A stretch of DNA of 64,000 bases from a bacterium (GTDB lineage Bacteria; Patescibacteriota; Minisyncoccia; Phycocordibacterales; UBA9973), in assembly GCA_021824345.1 (NCBI GenBank), contig JAKAKW010000002.1, positions 22,552 to 86,551 of the forward strand, read 5' to 3'. The notes under the pieces were generated by a model. It was not told where the DNA came from, did not search any database, and saw nothing but the letters and a program-made list of their open reading frames with translations. This document shows, in pieces, positions 8,380-18,412 of this stretch. The translations under genes and the position numbers were made by a program. Within the stretch, counting starts at the first letter, position 1, and the number at the start of each line of letters is the position of its first letter.

Positions 8380-9468
8380 TCATACTGCTTGTTGGCTACC
8401 TTTTATTTTTTCAAACAAAGACCGTAGAAAGTTTAAATACATTTCTAATAATTTTTTATGAATATATTGAAAATCTTCTTTCAAATAAGATTCTGATAAT
8501 TTATTCTCCTTTAATACTTTTGAAAGTTTTTCCTCTGACTGAGGATGTGCGGCAATCCTTATTACTATATTATTCAAGGTCCTTAGCCCGTATAAATCTT
8601 CTCCCACCTTTATTTTTTTGGATAGAAGGTATAGATGCAATAAATTTATACTTCCAGAAAGTTCATTTAACCCATTTATTTCTTTTCTTGCCTGATCTAA
8701 AGAAAATCCATGTTTTGAGAGATCCTCAGCATTTAGATCCTGGATGAACACTCTCAAATCCATGCAACGCCCCATTAATTCTGCTAATTTAGTCGGGCCC
8801 TCAATCTGCGAAATTATTCGTTCAGAGTCTGGAAATAAAGTAAATTTAAATCGATTATCTTCCACAGCTAACAAATTTATTTTTTTTCTTAATTCTGAAA
8901 TCTCTTTTACAATTTCAGTATTGTTGTATTTTTTTTCCTGTTCTTCTTCTTTCTCAATTTCTTTTCTCTTTATATTTTTTGAATTATTCTCTATAAGTTC
9001 TTGCGCACGATCAGAACCTTCCTTTGAAATTTTCTCTTTAATTTTTTCTATATTAGAGCCTTTCCATTTTAAAATTTCTTTTACGAATATAATCTCTGAG
9101 CTTTTACCCTTTATACTTTCGAAATTTTTTGAATAATATTCAAGCTGGTCTTTTGGATTTTCTCTAAGAAGATATTGTAACGATAGAACTCTTATGTCGC
9201 GTCTTACATTTTCGTTTTCAAATATTTCCTTCAAAAGAAAAACAATTTTGTTTAAGGATTTTGTTCTTAACATATATCCTAACAATGTGGTAATAATAGA
9301 TTCATTGGGGTCTGACGAATTCAATTCTTTTAGAGTCAAAGTGAATACTCTATCTGAAATGAAGTGTTCTTCCAAATTGTTTTCATTTAGAAACTCCACA
9401 GCATAAGAAAAATTAATGTCCCTTGTCTCTTGTTTTGAAAGGATTTCGCGGAAAGCCAAGCAGAGCAA
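8380..9468 (-). CDS. Hypothetical helical protein, probably N-terminally truncated
   Basis: 362-aa AT-rich ORF; TTG start directly after an in-frame TGA, no RBS; no recognisable motif. Confidence 0.55.
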   Translation of the reverse strand: MLCLAFREILSKQETRDINFSYAVEFLNENNLEEHFISDRVFTLTLKELNSSDPNESIITTLLGYMLRTKSLNKIVFLLKEIFENENVRRDIRVLSLQYLLRENPKDQLEYYSKNFESIKGKSSEIIFVKEILKWKGSNIEKIKEKISKEGSDRAQELIENNSKNIKRKEIEKEEEQEKKYNNTEIVKEISELRKKINLLAVEDNRFKFTLFPDSERIISQIEGPTKLAELMGRCMDLRVFIQDLNAEDLSKHGFSLDQARKEINGLNELSGSINLLHLYLLSKKIKVGEDLYGLRTLNNIVIRIAAHPQSEEKLSKVLKENKLSESYLKEDFQYIHKKLLEMYLNFLRSLFEKIKGSQQAV

Positions 9469-9623
9469 TCAAAGTACGAGGTCAGCTGCGGCATCGCAAC
9501 CCCCAACCTGACTCAAGCGGAGAAGAAAGTTGAGAATTCTAGCCAATAAAATTGTAATTACCTACGCAATTTCAAAAAGGGAATACCAATCTAATAATAT
9601 TGATTCAAGACAATCACAAAACT

Positions 9624-11255
9624 TTATTCCATGATTTGGCCATCCCCGTCGTCAAGTTTGAATAAAAATTTCTGATTTTTTTTATCGAATGTAACGACCG
9701 GAAGGAGAACTTCCTCGAAGGTTGTTTTTTTATCTGCCATGAGTTCCCCGCTCAAAATTTTTGGTTTTATATCCTTGTAAAGAAATTCGATCATCTTTTT
9801 TCTTTCCTTACCTACTATACTTACTTCAGTCCCGTTAACCTTAAATCCAATGATATACAAATATACCTTCAAGACTGAAGGGAAAAATCCTTTTACATTA
9901 GACATAAAATCACCATTTATTTTTTCCCAGATTAGACCTATGATGGTTTCTGATAGTTTTTCAAATCCAGAAGTAAGGGAATGGAGTGGAATCGTCTCTC
10001 CCACAGTTTCCATTGCTAATATTCTTATTTTCCCATTGTATTCTTCCTTTACCTGGGCTAGGGATTCAATAAAACCACAAACAGTTTTTGCATAGGCAAA
10101 ATTTATGCTTGAACGGAATTCGTTGTCTTTTTTAACTTCCGTTTCATATATAGAGGCCTGTTTCCTCTTTAATGCTTCTTTATATTCTCGTATATAAGTA
10201 TGACCAAGAAAAAAACTTATTGTCTGGAGCCGAGATACAGCTTCTTTATGTTTGTTTTTTTCTTTACTTGAAAAAGCAAGTGACTGCGAGTAATCATTTA
10301 GTTTATCCAGTCCATTACAGATCTCTCTTCTCATTTCTACTGGACAATTATTTTCCCAATATCCTTTGATAGCATATTCTAAAGATTTTAAATAAACTGC
10401 CAAATATTTTTCATGTAGTCTGTCAAATTTACAGAAACTATAATCATTTCCGAATACACAAAAATTGTCTAGAAAATATGGTTCTGAAAATATTGCCTCA
10501 AAGGCATTAAGGGCTAGGGAAGTACCCCTATAATCAAGTTGACTATAAAAATATGAACTCTCTTCTCTAAACAATAATTCGATAATTCTGTCTAGTCCTA
10601 ATTGAGTATGGGCAGATGTGATTCTATATTTCTTGAATGTAGCTAGCAAATATAAAATAAAATCTATCCTCCCGGTTGCAATATATCTTGCTACTCTCTC
10701 TTCGCTTAAAATTACAGTTGTGACGGCATTGGCATAAATAGCATATTTTTCCTCATCGGAAAGGATATAATCCTTATCTCTTTGAAAAGGTATTGAGCTG
10801 ATACCAGCCAGTGCCTTCGTTATATTTTCAAGGTTGGCTCCCAGAATATCAATACAGACATCGATGTTATCAATTTTAGGTTTAGTTATTTCTCGTAGAA
10901 TAATGTTATAAAACTTTTCTGCACGCCTCTTGTTGAATAGCCCCTTCTTTCTTTTTCCGAAAAGTAGCAAACTTAATGGGGCAAAAATAAAACATAAGTA
11001 TCCTAAGAACTGCCAAAGAAATGTATTGTTCAAAAAAGAAAGGGGTAAACTAAAGAATTTTTGTTGGATAGTGATAGCAATGGCTATAGATACAAGCCCC
11101 CCAACACCCATGTACCATATTAAGTTTCTTTGCCATGAATCTCTAATTTTCAAAACAATGTCCCAAGATTTGTCTTTGAGTTGAAATACGGCAAAAATTA
11201 AACCGAAGGCGGCTACGGCCTCACCTAAAGAAAAATGTATTATGTTATCTGCCAT
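9624..11255 (-). CDS. Hypothetical protein with three N-terminal TM helices and a large soluble domain
   Basis: 543 aa; hydrophobic segments in the first ~100 aa; directly downstream of hsdR. Confidence 0.75.
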   Translation of the reverse strand: MADNIIHFSLGEAVAAFGLIFAVFQLKDKSWDIVLKIRDSWQRNLIWYMGVGGLVSIAIAITIQQKFFSLPLSFLNNTFLWQFLGYLCFIFAPLSLLLFGKRKKGLFNKRRAEKFYNIILREITKPKIDNIDVCIDILGANLENITKALAGISSIPFQRDKDYILSDEEKYAIYANAVTTVILSEERVARYIATGRIDFILYLLATFKKYRITSAHTQLGLDRIIELLFREESSYFYSQLDYRGTSLALNAFEAIFSEPYFLDNFCVFGNDYSFCKFDRLHEKYLAVYLKSLEYAIKGYWENNCPVEMRREICNGLDKLNDYSQSLAFSSKEKNKHKEAVSRLQTISFFLGHTYIREYKEALKRKQASIYETEVKKDNEFRSSINFAYAKTVCGFIESLAQVKEEYNGKIRILAMETVGETIPLHSLTSGFEKLSETIIGLIWEKINGDFMSNVKGFFPSVLKVYLYIIGFKVNGTEVSIVGKERKKMIEFLYKDIKPKILSGELMADKKTTFEEVLLPVVTFDKKNQKFLFKLDDGDGQIME

Positions 11256-11298
11256 TTCTTATAATAAACTCAACTAGAAATATCCTAATAACGAAATG

Positions 11299-13755
11299 TT
11301 AATTCACTAAAGCATATACCTTTTCTTTTAAACCCAGCACGAACCCGAAAAGCCCTCCGGGGTACTTGGCCTGGATGGCTTCCTTTTTTGCGTTCATATT
11401 AGGCAATAGGAATGCTTGCGACGATAGATTTTCCTCACCACTGGTTTTGTACTTCTCCATAATGTCACGAATGGCTTCGCCGATTTCCTTGCCATATTGG
11501 TCAAGTGTTTGAGTATTTGCGCGCATGAATTGTTTAACTCGGTCCTCACGAGTCAGAAGGGGAGCGTCAAATGCTATATGCGCTATAACGTCGAAAGCGT
11601 CACTATCCTCTAAGTTCTCTATGGATTTGATTAGTGGAATGTTCACGTGTTTAGTTTCTAGGTCGGTTATGAGTAGTTCGCGTTTCTCTGGGTCAAGCCA
11701 TATTTTACGGAGTTCATCAGTGGTGTGTACCATTTCGGTTATCCTTTCACCGGAATACTTGCGATACTCTGCTTTTGAGAGCTTGATGCCGTCGAATTCT
11801 ATCTCAACCTCCTCATCAATACTCACCTCAATGCCTTTGACTATAATTTTCTTAGGAGTACCCTTGAGCGGCTTCAGGCGGAATTCATAGGGTGTTTCTG
11901 CTTCTGATTCATGCGGTTCAAGACGCTTGCTCAAATTTTTGTAATCGGCGTGCTCAATTTGTACAGACACTTCACCATTTGTCGGCAAACCGAATATCCT
12001 AAATAGACCGTCGTTGTCGGTTTTACCGATCTTCTCCCAGCGCCCGAGCTTAACTTTCACCACAGCGCTTGCCACATGCTCTTCTGTCTTGTTATTGACC
12101 ACTACACCTGTGATTAGTTTATCAAAAGGCGGTATCGGTTCTTCTGGGGTCGTAGGAGGCACTGGCGGTTGAGGAGCTACGTCCCACTCGTCCAGGAGCC
12201 GGGTAGCGTTTGTAAAATCAATAACGCGGAAGAAACCCTTACCTTCAGAAAGACGAGAACCTCGTCCTAATATCTGTTTAAACAGCACCCGTGAAGCTAT
12301 AGGACGCATAAAGACGATATTTTGTACGTGGGGGATGTCTACCCCAGTAGAAAGCAAATCTACTGTTGTTGCAACGACTGGTAAGGTACGTTCTTTGTCT
12401 CGAAAGGCAGTTAAGTCATCTTTGTCCTCAGCTACAATACGGGTAGCGTAGTCCTCGCGTCCCTTTAGTTCGTTTAATTTATCTTGTACCGCCTGTGCGT
12501 GTGCCATATCAACACAGAAAACGATAGTTTTTCCATAAGGGTTTGTTTCGTCAATCAGCTCAACCACCTTTTTTGCCAGCAGACCTATTTGCTCGGGAAT
12601 AGTGACGGCGCGTTCGTATTCTGATGGTTCGTAGAAATCTTTAATATCTTCTGGTTCAACTTCATCGTCGTATATAATTTCTTCTGCTGCGGCGACGGAG
12701 AGCCCTTTACGGTACAGATTCGTAGTGACCTTGTAGATTTTGTACGGTACGAGATAGCCGTCTTCAATAGCTTGCCCTAGGGAATACTGGAATACCGGTT
12801 CACCGAAGTATTCGTATACGTCAATATTGTCTTCCCGGCGTGGAGTTGCTGTCATGCCGAAGTGTACAGCAGAAGTGAAGTGATCAAGAATTTCTCCCCA
12901 GTCACCAAATCGCGAGCGGTGACATTCATCAATGACAATCAGATCAAAAAAGTCAGCTGGTATCTGCTTGTAGAGATCATTCGCGAAGAGCGTCTGGTAT
13001 GTTGAGAAATAAACGTCCCGGTTGCGATTGAAGTCACCACCTTCTATCTTTGCGCGGCCTTCGCCAAATGGTTCAAAATCTCGGCTATAGGCATCATCGC
13101 GCAGAATTATACGGTCACAAAGAAAAAGGATACGATGCATCGTTTTTGATTTCATCAATTTCCAAACAATTTGAAAGGCAGTGAATGTTTTACCAGTGCC
13201 GGTGGCCATTGTAAGAAGTGTTGTACGATTTCCTTTGATAATGTTTCTAACTACTGCATTGATCGCGGTTTCTTGATATGAACGCGGGCGCTTGGTACCA
13301 CTAATGTGAAGCGGATATTCGAGTGCAGACAACTTAGCATTTTCTAACCCTTTCCATTCTATGTATGCTTTATACATATCTTCAGGCGATAGGAAAGAAG
13401 AAACTGACTCTGGCGCTTTATTTGTGCGCCGATCATATAGGTATGAGGACTTGCCGTTAGATATATAGGCAAATGGTACGTCAAGACGCTCAGCATAATT
13501 TTGCACCTGTTTAATATGTTTCATCAAGTCCTCGTCCTCTGCTTTTGCTTCAAGCACTGCTACTGTAACTTGGTTGAACTGGACCACATAATCAGCAAAG
13601 AGCGAAGTCGGAAGACGTTTATATTCTTCTCCTTCAACGTAAAAACGATCGTCAGAAATAGGGTAGTTGCGAAGAATATATTCCTCTTTCCACCCTGCCT
13701 CGTGTATTTTGGGATCTATTATTTTGACTCTTGTGTCGTCCTCTGAAAAGGTCAT
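11299..13755 (-). CDS. hsdR: Type I restriction enzyme R subunit (EcoEI/EcoAI-like) with an inserted Ig-like domain
   Basis: SEDDTRVKIIDP, ADY...LEAK nuclease; MATGTGKT, DECH, GMTATP, LSTGVD, QILGRGSR helicase motifs; EcoEI-type C-terminus (DAFDVIAHIAFD..LTREDR). Confidence 0.92.
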   Translation of the reverse strand: MTFSEDDTRVKIIDPKIHEAGWKEEYILRNYPISDDRFYVEGEEYKRLPTSLFADYVVQFNQVTVAVLEAKAEDEDLMKHIKQVQNYAERLDVPFAYISNGKSSYLYDRRTNKAPESVSSFLSPEDMYKAYIEWKGLENAKLSALEYPLHISGTKRPRSYQETAINAVVRNIIKGNRTTLLTMATGTGKTFTAFQIVWKLMKSKTMHRILFLCDRIILRDDAYSRDFEPFGEGRAKIEGGDFNRNRDVYFSTYQTLFANDLYKQIPADFFDLIVIDECHRSRFGDWGEILDHFTSAVHFGMTATPRREDNIDVYEYFGEPVFQYSLGQAIEDGYLVPYKIYKVTTNLYRKGLSVAAAEEIIYDDEVEPEDIKDFYEPSEYERAVTIPEQIGLLAKKVVELIDETNPYGKTIVFCVDMAHAQAVQDKLNELKGREDYATRIVAEDKDDLTAFRDKERTLPVVATTVDLLSTGVDIPHVQNIVFMRPIASRVLFKQILGRGSRLSEGKGFFRVIDFTNATRLLDEWDVAPQPPVPPTTPEEPIPPFDKLITGVVVNNKTEEHVASAVVKVKLGRWEKIGKTDNDGLFRIFGLPTNGEVSVQIEHADYKNLSKRLEPHESEAETPYEFRLKPLKGTPKKIIVKGIEVSIDEEVEIEFDGIKLSKAEYRKYSGERITEMVHTTDELRKIWLDPEKRELLITDLETKHVNIPLIKSIENLEDSDAFDVIAHIAFDAPLLTREDRVKQFMRANTQTLDQYGKEIGEAIRDIMEKYKTSGEENLSSQAFLLPNMNAKKEAIQAKYPGGLFGFVLGLKEKVYALVN

Positions 13756-13775
13756 ATTTTTATAAATTGCTATTT

Positions 13776-14456
13776 CTATCCTTCGCTTGGTTTTTTCTTT
13801 GATTCAGCGAGTGCTTTTAATTTTTCTGAACGAGTGCGCCGGTTTTCTCGATCAACATACCAGTCATCCACTAATTGTTCAATTAGGCCAATTAGAAGCT
13901 GGGCTTCTTCTGGCTCAACTTCAATGATGACGTTTATATCTTTTTCCATGTGTGCTCCAATATTCCCTACGCTTCTCACAGCATCAATACTAGTCCATGT
14001 GTCCGGATCAACTTTTTCTTCCAGAGCGTCAATCTCATCTTTCAAACGTGCCATTTTAATGTTCCAGAAGTCGCGTATCATCCCCTGGAGACATCGTCGT
14101 GCAAGCGTAGCCGATGCCTTTGGGCTTAGATCACGTATACGGCACGCTTCGTAGTAATTTTCTTGTATAGGTTTCGGTATATACTCTGGAAGTACTTTTG
14201 CCTCTGACTCCGGGAGTAAGCGCCACGTCTTTAGAGCTGCAGATTTTTTCCATTCACCATATTGCCAATAGGTACCGGTAAGCTCTGCAACAAGTGTTAG
14301 CTGTTGGCATTCTTTGTTAGGGCAAGTGACAGCAGAAATTCCGAAGCCAATATCCCCAAGGGTAGGTTTGGATATATTAATCTTATACCACATCGAATCT
14401 CGATTGGGATCAGTGATTGTTGTATGTCTTCCGCAAAATGGGCAAGTGTAGTTCAT
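13776..14456 (-). CDS. DUF4145 (HEPN-like) protein with N-terminal Zn ribbon
   Basis: CPFC...CPNKEC; SPKASATLARRCLQGMIRDFW; R..GN..AH (RSVGNIGAH). Confidence 0.8.
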   Translation of the reverse strand: MNYTCPFCGRHTTITDPNRDSMWYKINISKPTLGDIGFGISAVTCPNKECQQLTLVAELTGTYWQYGEWKKSAALKTWRLLPESEAKVLPEYIPKPIQENYYEACRIRDLSPKASATLARRCLQGMIRDFWNIKMARLKDEIDALEEKVDPDTWTSIDAVRSVGNIGAHMEKDINVIIEVEPEEAQLLIGLIEQLVDDWYVDRENRRTRSEKLKALAESKKKPSEG

Positions 14457-14467
14457 GAATAAATTTA

Positions 14468-16735
14468 TTATTTAATAAATGCTTGGCCTAGCACTGATGG
14501 ACGAAACCTAGCAAAATACTTTGCTTGTTTTGAAAACAATTCCCCTAACTCCTTGGACATGTCAAACATCTTGTCCAGAGTGTTTGCAATATACTTTTGT
14601 TTTTCAACGTCAAGTTTTCCATCCTTAAATGGAATTGGTATCTCAACTTTTCCAAGATTAGTGCGGCTAATTCTCTTTCGTGAAGAACCTGTGACCATTT
14701 GGTATACCTGAGATCGTGCATCATCTGAGTTTAGGAAGTAGTTAATGTAACGTGGGTCATAATCTTGTCCCAAGCGGACGATAGTACAATCAACCGCTGT
14801 GAGCATACGATGCCCTGTTTTTGGTACGATACATGATCGTCCGACCGGGTCAGGGAGTCGAGATACAAGAATATCTCCAGGCAAAATCTCTGTACAGTGT
14901 AAGCGCTGAAAAGTTTGCTCATTTACAAAACGCTTAGTTTCCTTATCTCGAAAGTCAATCACTCCTATGTTTCCGGTCTGTACCAGCCAATACCCTTGAG
15001 AAGATTGATCTTTACTCTCAATCCAGTTGCCGTCGTTGAAGAATGTACAAATGTCTGCAAGTGCAAAGCGTTCAACATCAGTATTGGAAAATGTTCTTTC
15101 TAATTCACTCTTAAGTGATGCTAATATTAATTTAATTTCTTTCTGCTTATCCTCTATTTTTATAATGATTTCAGCAGGCGGTAAGAGTACTTCATTCTCA
15201 ACACTACTAGGGTTCTTGGGTGAAATATCCCAGCCGTGCTCCTTTATGGTATCCACTGAAACGATCCACGATGTGTTAGATACCTCGCGACGTTTCCATT
15301 TCTCGAATATATCTTGTAAGTGCTCATCCTGTACCGTCTTCTTTTTCGTAAATTTACCTTGTACTTCGCCGTACCATATTTCCTTTGTCGCGCCTGTTTT
15401 CTCAAAGAAGACAAGGTTCGTTTTTACGCCCGCGCCCATCTGTGAGAATGTACCTTGCGGAAGTGAAATTATAGCGGAAACATTGAATTTTGTTAGAAGT
15501 TCTTCACGAATACGAGCCGTTGCGCCACCTCCGAACATAATGTTTCCTTCAGGTAAAATAATGCCACAGCGCCCTCCATTTTTAAGGCGTTTCATCACAT
15601 ATTGCAACGCAAGACCTTCAGTTGCCCCTATTTGGATAGGATAGTTGTTTTGTACTGCTTTTGATTCTTCCGCACCGAACGGTGGATTGGTAAGAATTAC
15701 ATCAACTTTCTCGCTTTCCGGCATATTATGCACGTCTTCCATGAATGTGTTGGTGCGTGTAAGGTTTGGAACGAGTATGTGATGGAGAATAAGGTTCATC
15801 GTACCTATGAGAAACGGTAGCGGTTTCTTTTCCTGCCCATATAGGGTGGAAGTTTGGAGAGTATTCCATGCACGCACGTCTTTCGCAGAGTTCTCGAACA
15901 TGTGGTTAAAACTCTCAACGAGGAAACCGCCAGAGCCAACAAATGGGTCCAGAACTGTTTCGCCTAACTTTGGGTTGACGATGCTTACCATAAGGCGTAT
16001 AAGCGGTCTTGGACTATAAAACTCTCCGGACCAGCCGCCCTCGCTACCCATCGCCTGCAGTATTTCTTCGTATACCTGTGAGAGCAGGTTTGTGTCTTGA
16101 AAATGATGCTTCTCTATTTTATCTAGCACATCGATAACATCCAACAAGTTGTGAGCAGAACGGACACGATTGCCCGGCAGTTCGCGAAAAATCTCTCCGA
16201 TTTTATCTCGGCGTGGATCTCCTTTCAGTGCTTGAAGATAAGGGAAGAGTTTTTGGTTTACAAAATGCATTAATTCATCCTTATCTTTCCAATCTTTCTT
16301 CGCCCATGCTGACCACTGGTACTCTGCATCGATGACCGGCTTGTACTTACGGCCTTCTGCCTCCTCGAGTTCTTTTAGTTGCGTCTCAACGCCTTCAAAT
16401 ATTTTTAGGAAGAGGATCCACGAGAACTGCTCGATATAATCCTTTGCCCCTACACCATCGTCACGACGAAGAATATCGCAAACATGCTTAATGTCCGCCT
16501 TTGTTAAACTCTCACGTTTAGAAACCATTTCTTTCTCTACTTTATGCGCCATCTCTGGGATTTTACCTTCAACGAATGTTTTTAGATCGCTTGTGGAAAT
16601 GCGCCATGTCCCCCCTACCTTCTTCGCAGATAGTTTTTTATTGTGAATGTAACGGAAAGCAGTCCGCTCACTCACGTGGAGCATATCTGCAACTTCTTCC
16701 AAGGTATAAAGGCGATCAGATGTATCTTTTGTCAT
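14468..16735 (-). CDS. hsdM: HTH (excisionase-like)-HsdM N6-adenine methyltransferase-single-TRD HsdS fusion
   Basis: N-term YTLEEVADMLHVSERT..GGTWRI; GEFYSPR, DPFVGSGGF, NPPF; one C-terminal TRD (GDILVSR..GRSC..IPIP..Q..IA); start moved to ATG 16735. Confidence 0.88.
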   Translation of the reverse strand: MTKDTSDRLYTLEEVADMLHVSERTAFRYIHNKKLSAKKVGGTWRISTSDLKTFVEGKIPEMAHKVEKEMVSKRESLTKADIKHVCDILRRDDGVGAKDYIEQFSWILFLKIFEGVETQLKELEEAEGRKYKPVIDAEYQWSAWAKKDWKDKDELMHFVNQKLFPYLQALKGDPRRDKIGEIFRELPGNRVRSAHNLLDVIDVLDKIEKHHFQDTNLLSQVYEEILQAMGSEGGWSGEFYSPRPLIRLMVSIVNPKLGETVLDPFVGSGGFLVESFNHMFENSAKDVRAWNTLQTSTLYGQEKKPLPFLIGTMNLILHHILVPNLTRTNTFMEDVHNMPESEKVDVILTNPPFGAEESKAVQNNYPIQIGATEGLALQYVMKRLKNGGRCGIILPEGNIMFGGGATARIREELLTKFNVSAIISLPQGTFSQMGAGVKTNLVFFEKTGATKEIWYGEVQGKFTKKKTVQDEHLQDIFEKWKRREVSNTSWIVSVDTIKEHGWDISPKNPSSVENEVLLPPAEIIIKIEDKQKEIKLILASLKSELERTFSNTDVERFALADICTFFNDGNWIESKDQSSQGYWLVQTGNIGVIDFRDKETKRFVNEQTFQRLHCTEILPGDILVSRLPDPVGRSCIVPKTGHRMLTAVDCTIVRLGQDYDPRYINYFLNSDDARSQVYQMVTGSSRKRISRTNLGKVEIPIPFKDGKLDVEKQKYIANTLDKMFDMSKELGELFSKQAKYFARFRPSVLGQAFIK

Positions 16736-16742
16736 GCTGGGT

Positions 16743-16812
16743 ATGATAGTCCAAGATAAATATTTTGTCAAGTTTTGGCAAGTATTGTAATACACTTGCC
16801 ATTTTATGACAA
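16743..16812 (-). promoter_or_regulatory. Leaderless promoter with overlapping inverted-repeat operator
   Basis: TTGACA(16771-16766)-17-TATCAT(16748-16743), 7 nt before ATG; IR TTGTCA-N5-TGGCAAGT-N10-ACTTGCCA-N5-TGACAA (16765-16812). Confidence 0.7.
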
Positions 16813-16851
16813 CTTTATATTTGACATGTTCCCGTCTTTTTATTTTCTAGA

Positions 16852-17245
16852 TCTCCCGCGCGCGTAGGAAAAATCCGATTTTATCCCAGTACTATTTTTG
16901 CTTTTCTACTTTGTTACTACTAGCTATTTCTTCATTTTACCCCTATTCGGATTGAATTTTGGTTTTCGGGCAGTTTTTTCAGGTAACCCGGGGGTATTTT
17001 TTCTTGCCCTGACAGCTCTAAGACGTTCCCGGCATTCCCTGAGTTTTTATTTTCCCTCACGCGCGCGAGAAAATCCAAATCTATCACAGTCATATTTTCA
17101 GGATTTTTCTTTGTTATCATTAGGTATTTTCCCATTCTACCCCAATTGTGATTGGCAGTGCCGTTTTTTGTCTCTTTTTGGACGAAATCTTTTTTAGTTG
17201 AGTTATAATTTATAGATCACCTCGCGCGCCCGCGTGCGTAGAATA
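16852..17245. repeat. Three imperfect direct repeats built on CGCGCGCG in a non-coding spacer
   Basis: CTCCCGCGCGCGTAGGAAAAATCC..ATCCCAGT (16852), CTCACGCGCGCGAGAAAATCC..ATCACAGT (17056), CTCGCGCGCCCGCGTG (17221). Confidence 0.6.
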
Positions 17246-17333
17246 GAAATTTATGAAAGAGCTATTTTTGTGTTTTACGTTGTAATTACTAGATATTTCT
17301 CGTTTTTTGCCTATTTCAATTGAATTCTTGCAA

Positions 17334-18281
17334 TTAAAGAGCATAACCAGGAGTTTTTGCGTAGGCCAACTGCCTCGTTCCGCCGTCCGCGAGCTCGTTC
17401 AGGGGGTGCTTGGTCATCTGCGATCGCAGGTGCTCCGCGCTGGCTGCCAGGTATATCGTGGTGGTCTTTATGTCGCTATGTCCCATCATTTTGGATAGGG
17501 AATAGATGTCGCACCCGCCCTCAAGCATCAGGGTTGCGAAAGTATGTCTCAGCTTGTGGACCGTAAACCTTATCTTCGATACCTCCCGTATTCTGTCTGT
17601 CAACACTTTCAGCCCGGAGTCTGTGAATCCCATGTTGCATCTGGATGACACGAAGAATTCCGGGCACGTTCTCCCTAGTTTTTTCCTTTCTTCCAGGTAT
17701 CTTTTCAGCGTCTGCGCCAGCGTGTAGCTCATCGGTATTATCCTATCCTTACTCCCTTTCCCTTGCCTTACGAAAATGGTCAGGTTTTCCAGGTCCACGT
17801 CCGTAAATTTAAGGTTTAGAAGCTCTTGTTTGCGCAGGCCGGCGAAGATGAAGGTAGAAAAGATCGCATGGTTGCGATAGCGCAGAAACTTTGTCCCATA
17901 AGGATAATTGTAAACAACCTCCAACAGCCGGAGCGCGTCCTGTTTGGTCAGCTTCGGCGGGAGCTTCTTCTCCAGCTTTGGCTTTTCAATGTCTATCACC
18001 GGATTCTTTTCCATGTAGCCCTGCTTTATGCACCAGCGGAAGAATACCAGCAGGGTTTTGTGGTAAATGATGAACGTATTTGTGGACCAGCTGCGCTGGA
18101 TCCGTCCGTAATAGAACAGCTCTCGCACATTCTCGTCCGTGACCTGGCTGATTTCCTTTACGCCGGCGGATCGGCAGTAATAGTTTATGATGCTCTTGTA
18201 TCTTTTAATGGTGGCTTTTGAATAGCCGCGAATGGAATCTGAATAGTCGCAAAATCTTTGCGCTAAAATTTCCATGTCCAT
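17334..18281 (-). CDS. Tyrosine recombinase/integrase (XerC/D-like)
   Basis: GLRKQEL (R), GKGSKDR (K), HKLRH, MGHSDIKTTTIY; ~130 bp from the tRNA-Lys 3' end; no IntI-specific insertion seen. Confidence 0.93.
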   Translation of the reverse strand: MDMEILAQRFCDYSDSIRGYSKATIKRYKSIINYYCRSAGVKEISQVTDENVRELFYYGRIQRSWSTNTFIIYHKTLLVFFRWCIKQGYMEKNPVIDIEKPKLEKKLPPKLTKQDALRLLEVVYNYPYGTKFLRYRNHAIFSTFIFAGLRKQELLNLKFTDVDLENLTIFVRQGKGSKDRIIPMSYTLAQTLKRYLEERKKLGRTCPEFFVSSRCNMGFTDSGLKVLTDRIREVSKIRFTVHKLRHTFATLMLEGGCDIYSLSKMMGHSDIKTTTIYLAASAEHLRSQMTKHPLNELADGGTRQLAYAKTPGYAL

Positions 18282-18412
18282 ATGTTTGTTTGGCGTTCGG
18301 CGGAGCGTTTTATCCTGGAAAATTCTTTTTGGCCTCTCGACCTGTTTACTGCGGGAACTGGTCTAGGAAACAGCCCTATTTTCCAAAATACCCTTATTTA
18401 GCTTATATAATG

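Larger units (their letters stand above)
1..18412. mobile_element. tRNA-Lys-anchored genomic island / tandem cassette array (left boundary not visible)
   Basis: Integrase next to tRNA 3' end; visibly more AT-rich than the core; R-M/defence cargo; four junction repeats with tRNA-3'-end register. Confidence 0.7.

Noticed and set aside
9469-9471. TGA read as Gly/Trp (alternative genetic code) to extend the 8380 ORF
   Set aside because: Extension hits TAG within ~30 codons, and TGA is a normal stop for many genes here (e.g. uvrA, mutM)
16932-17135. 67-aa ORF in the spacer beside the integrase
   Set aside because: Overlaps the CGCGCG repeats and has no recognisable motif; cannot be supported
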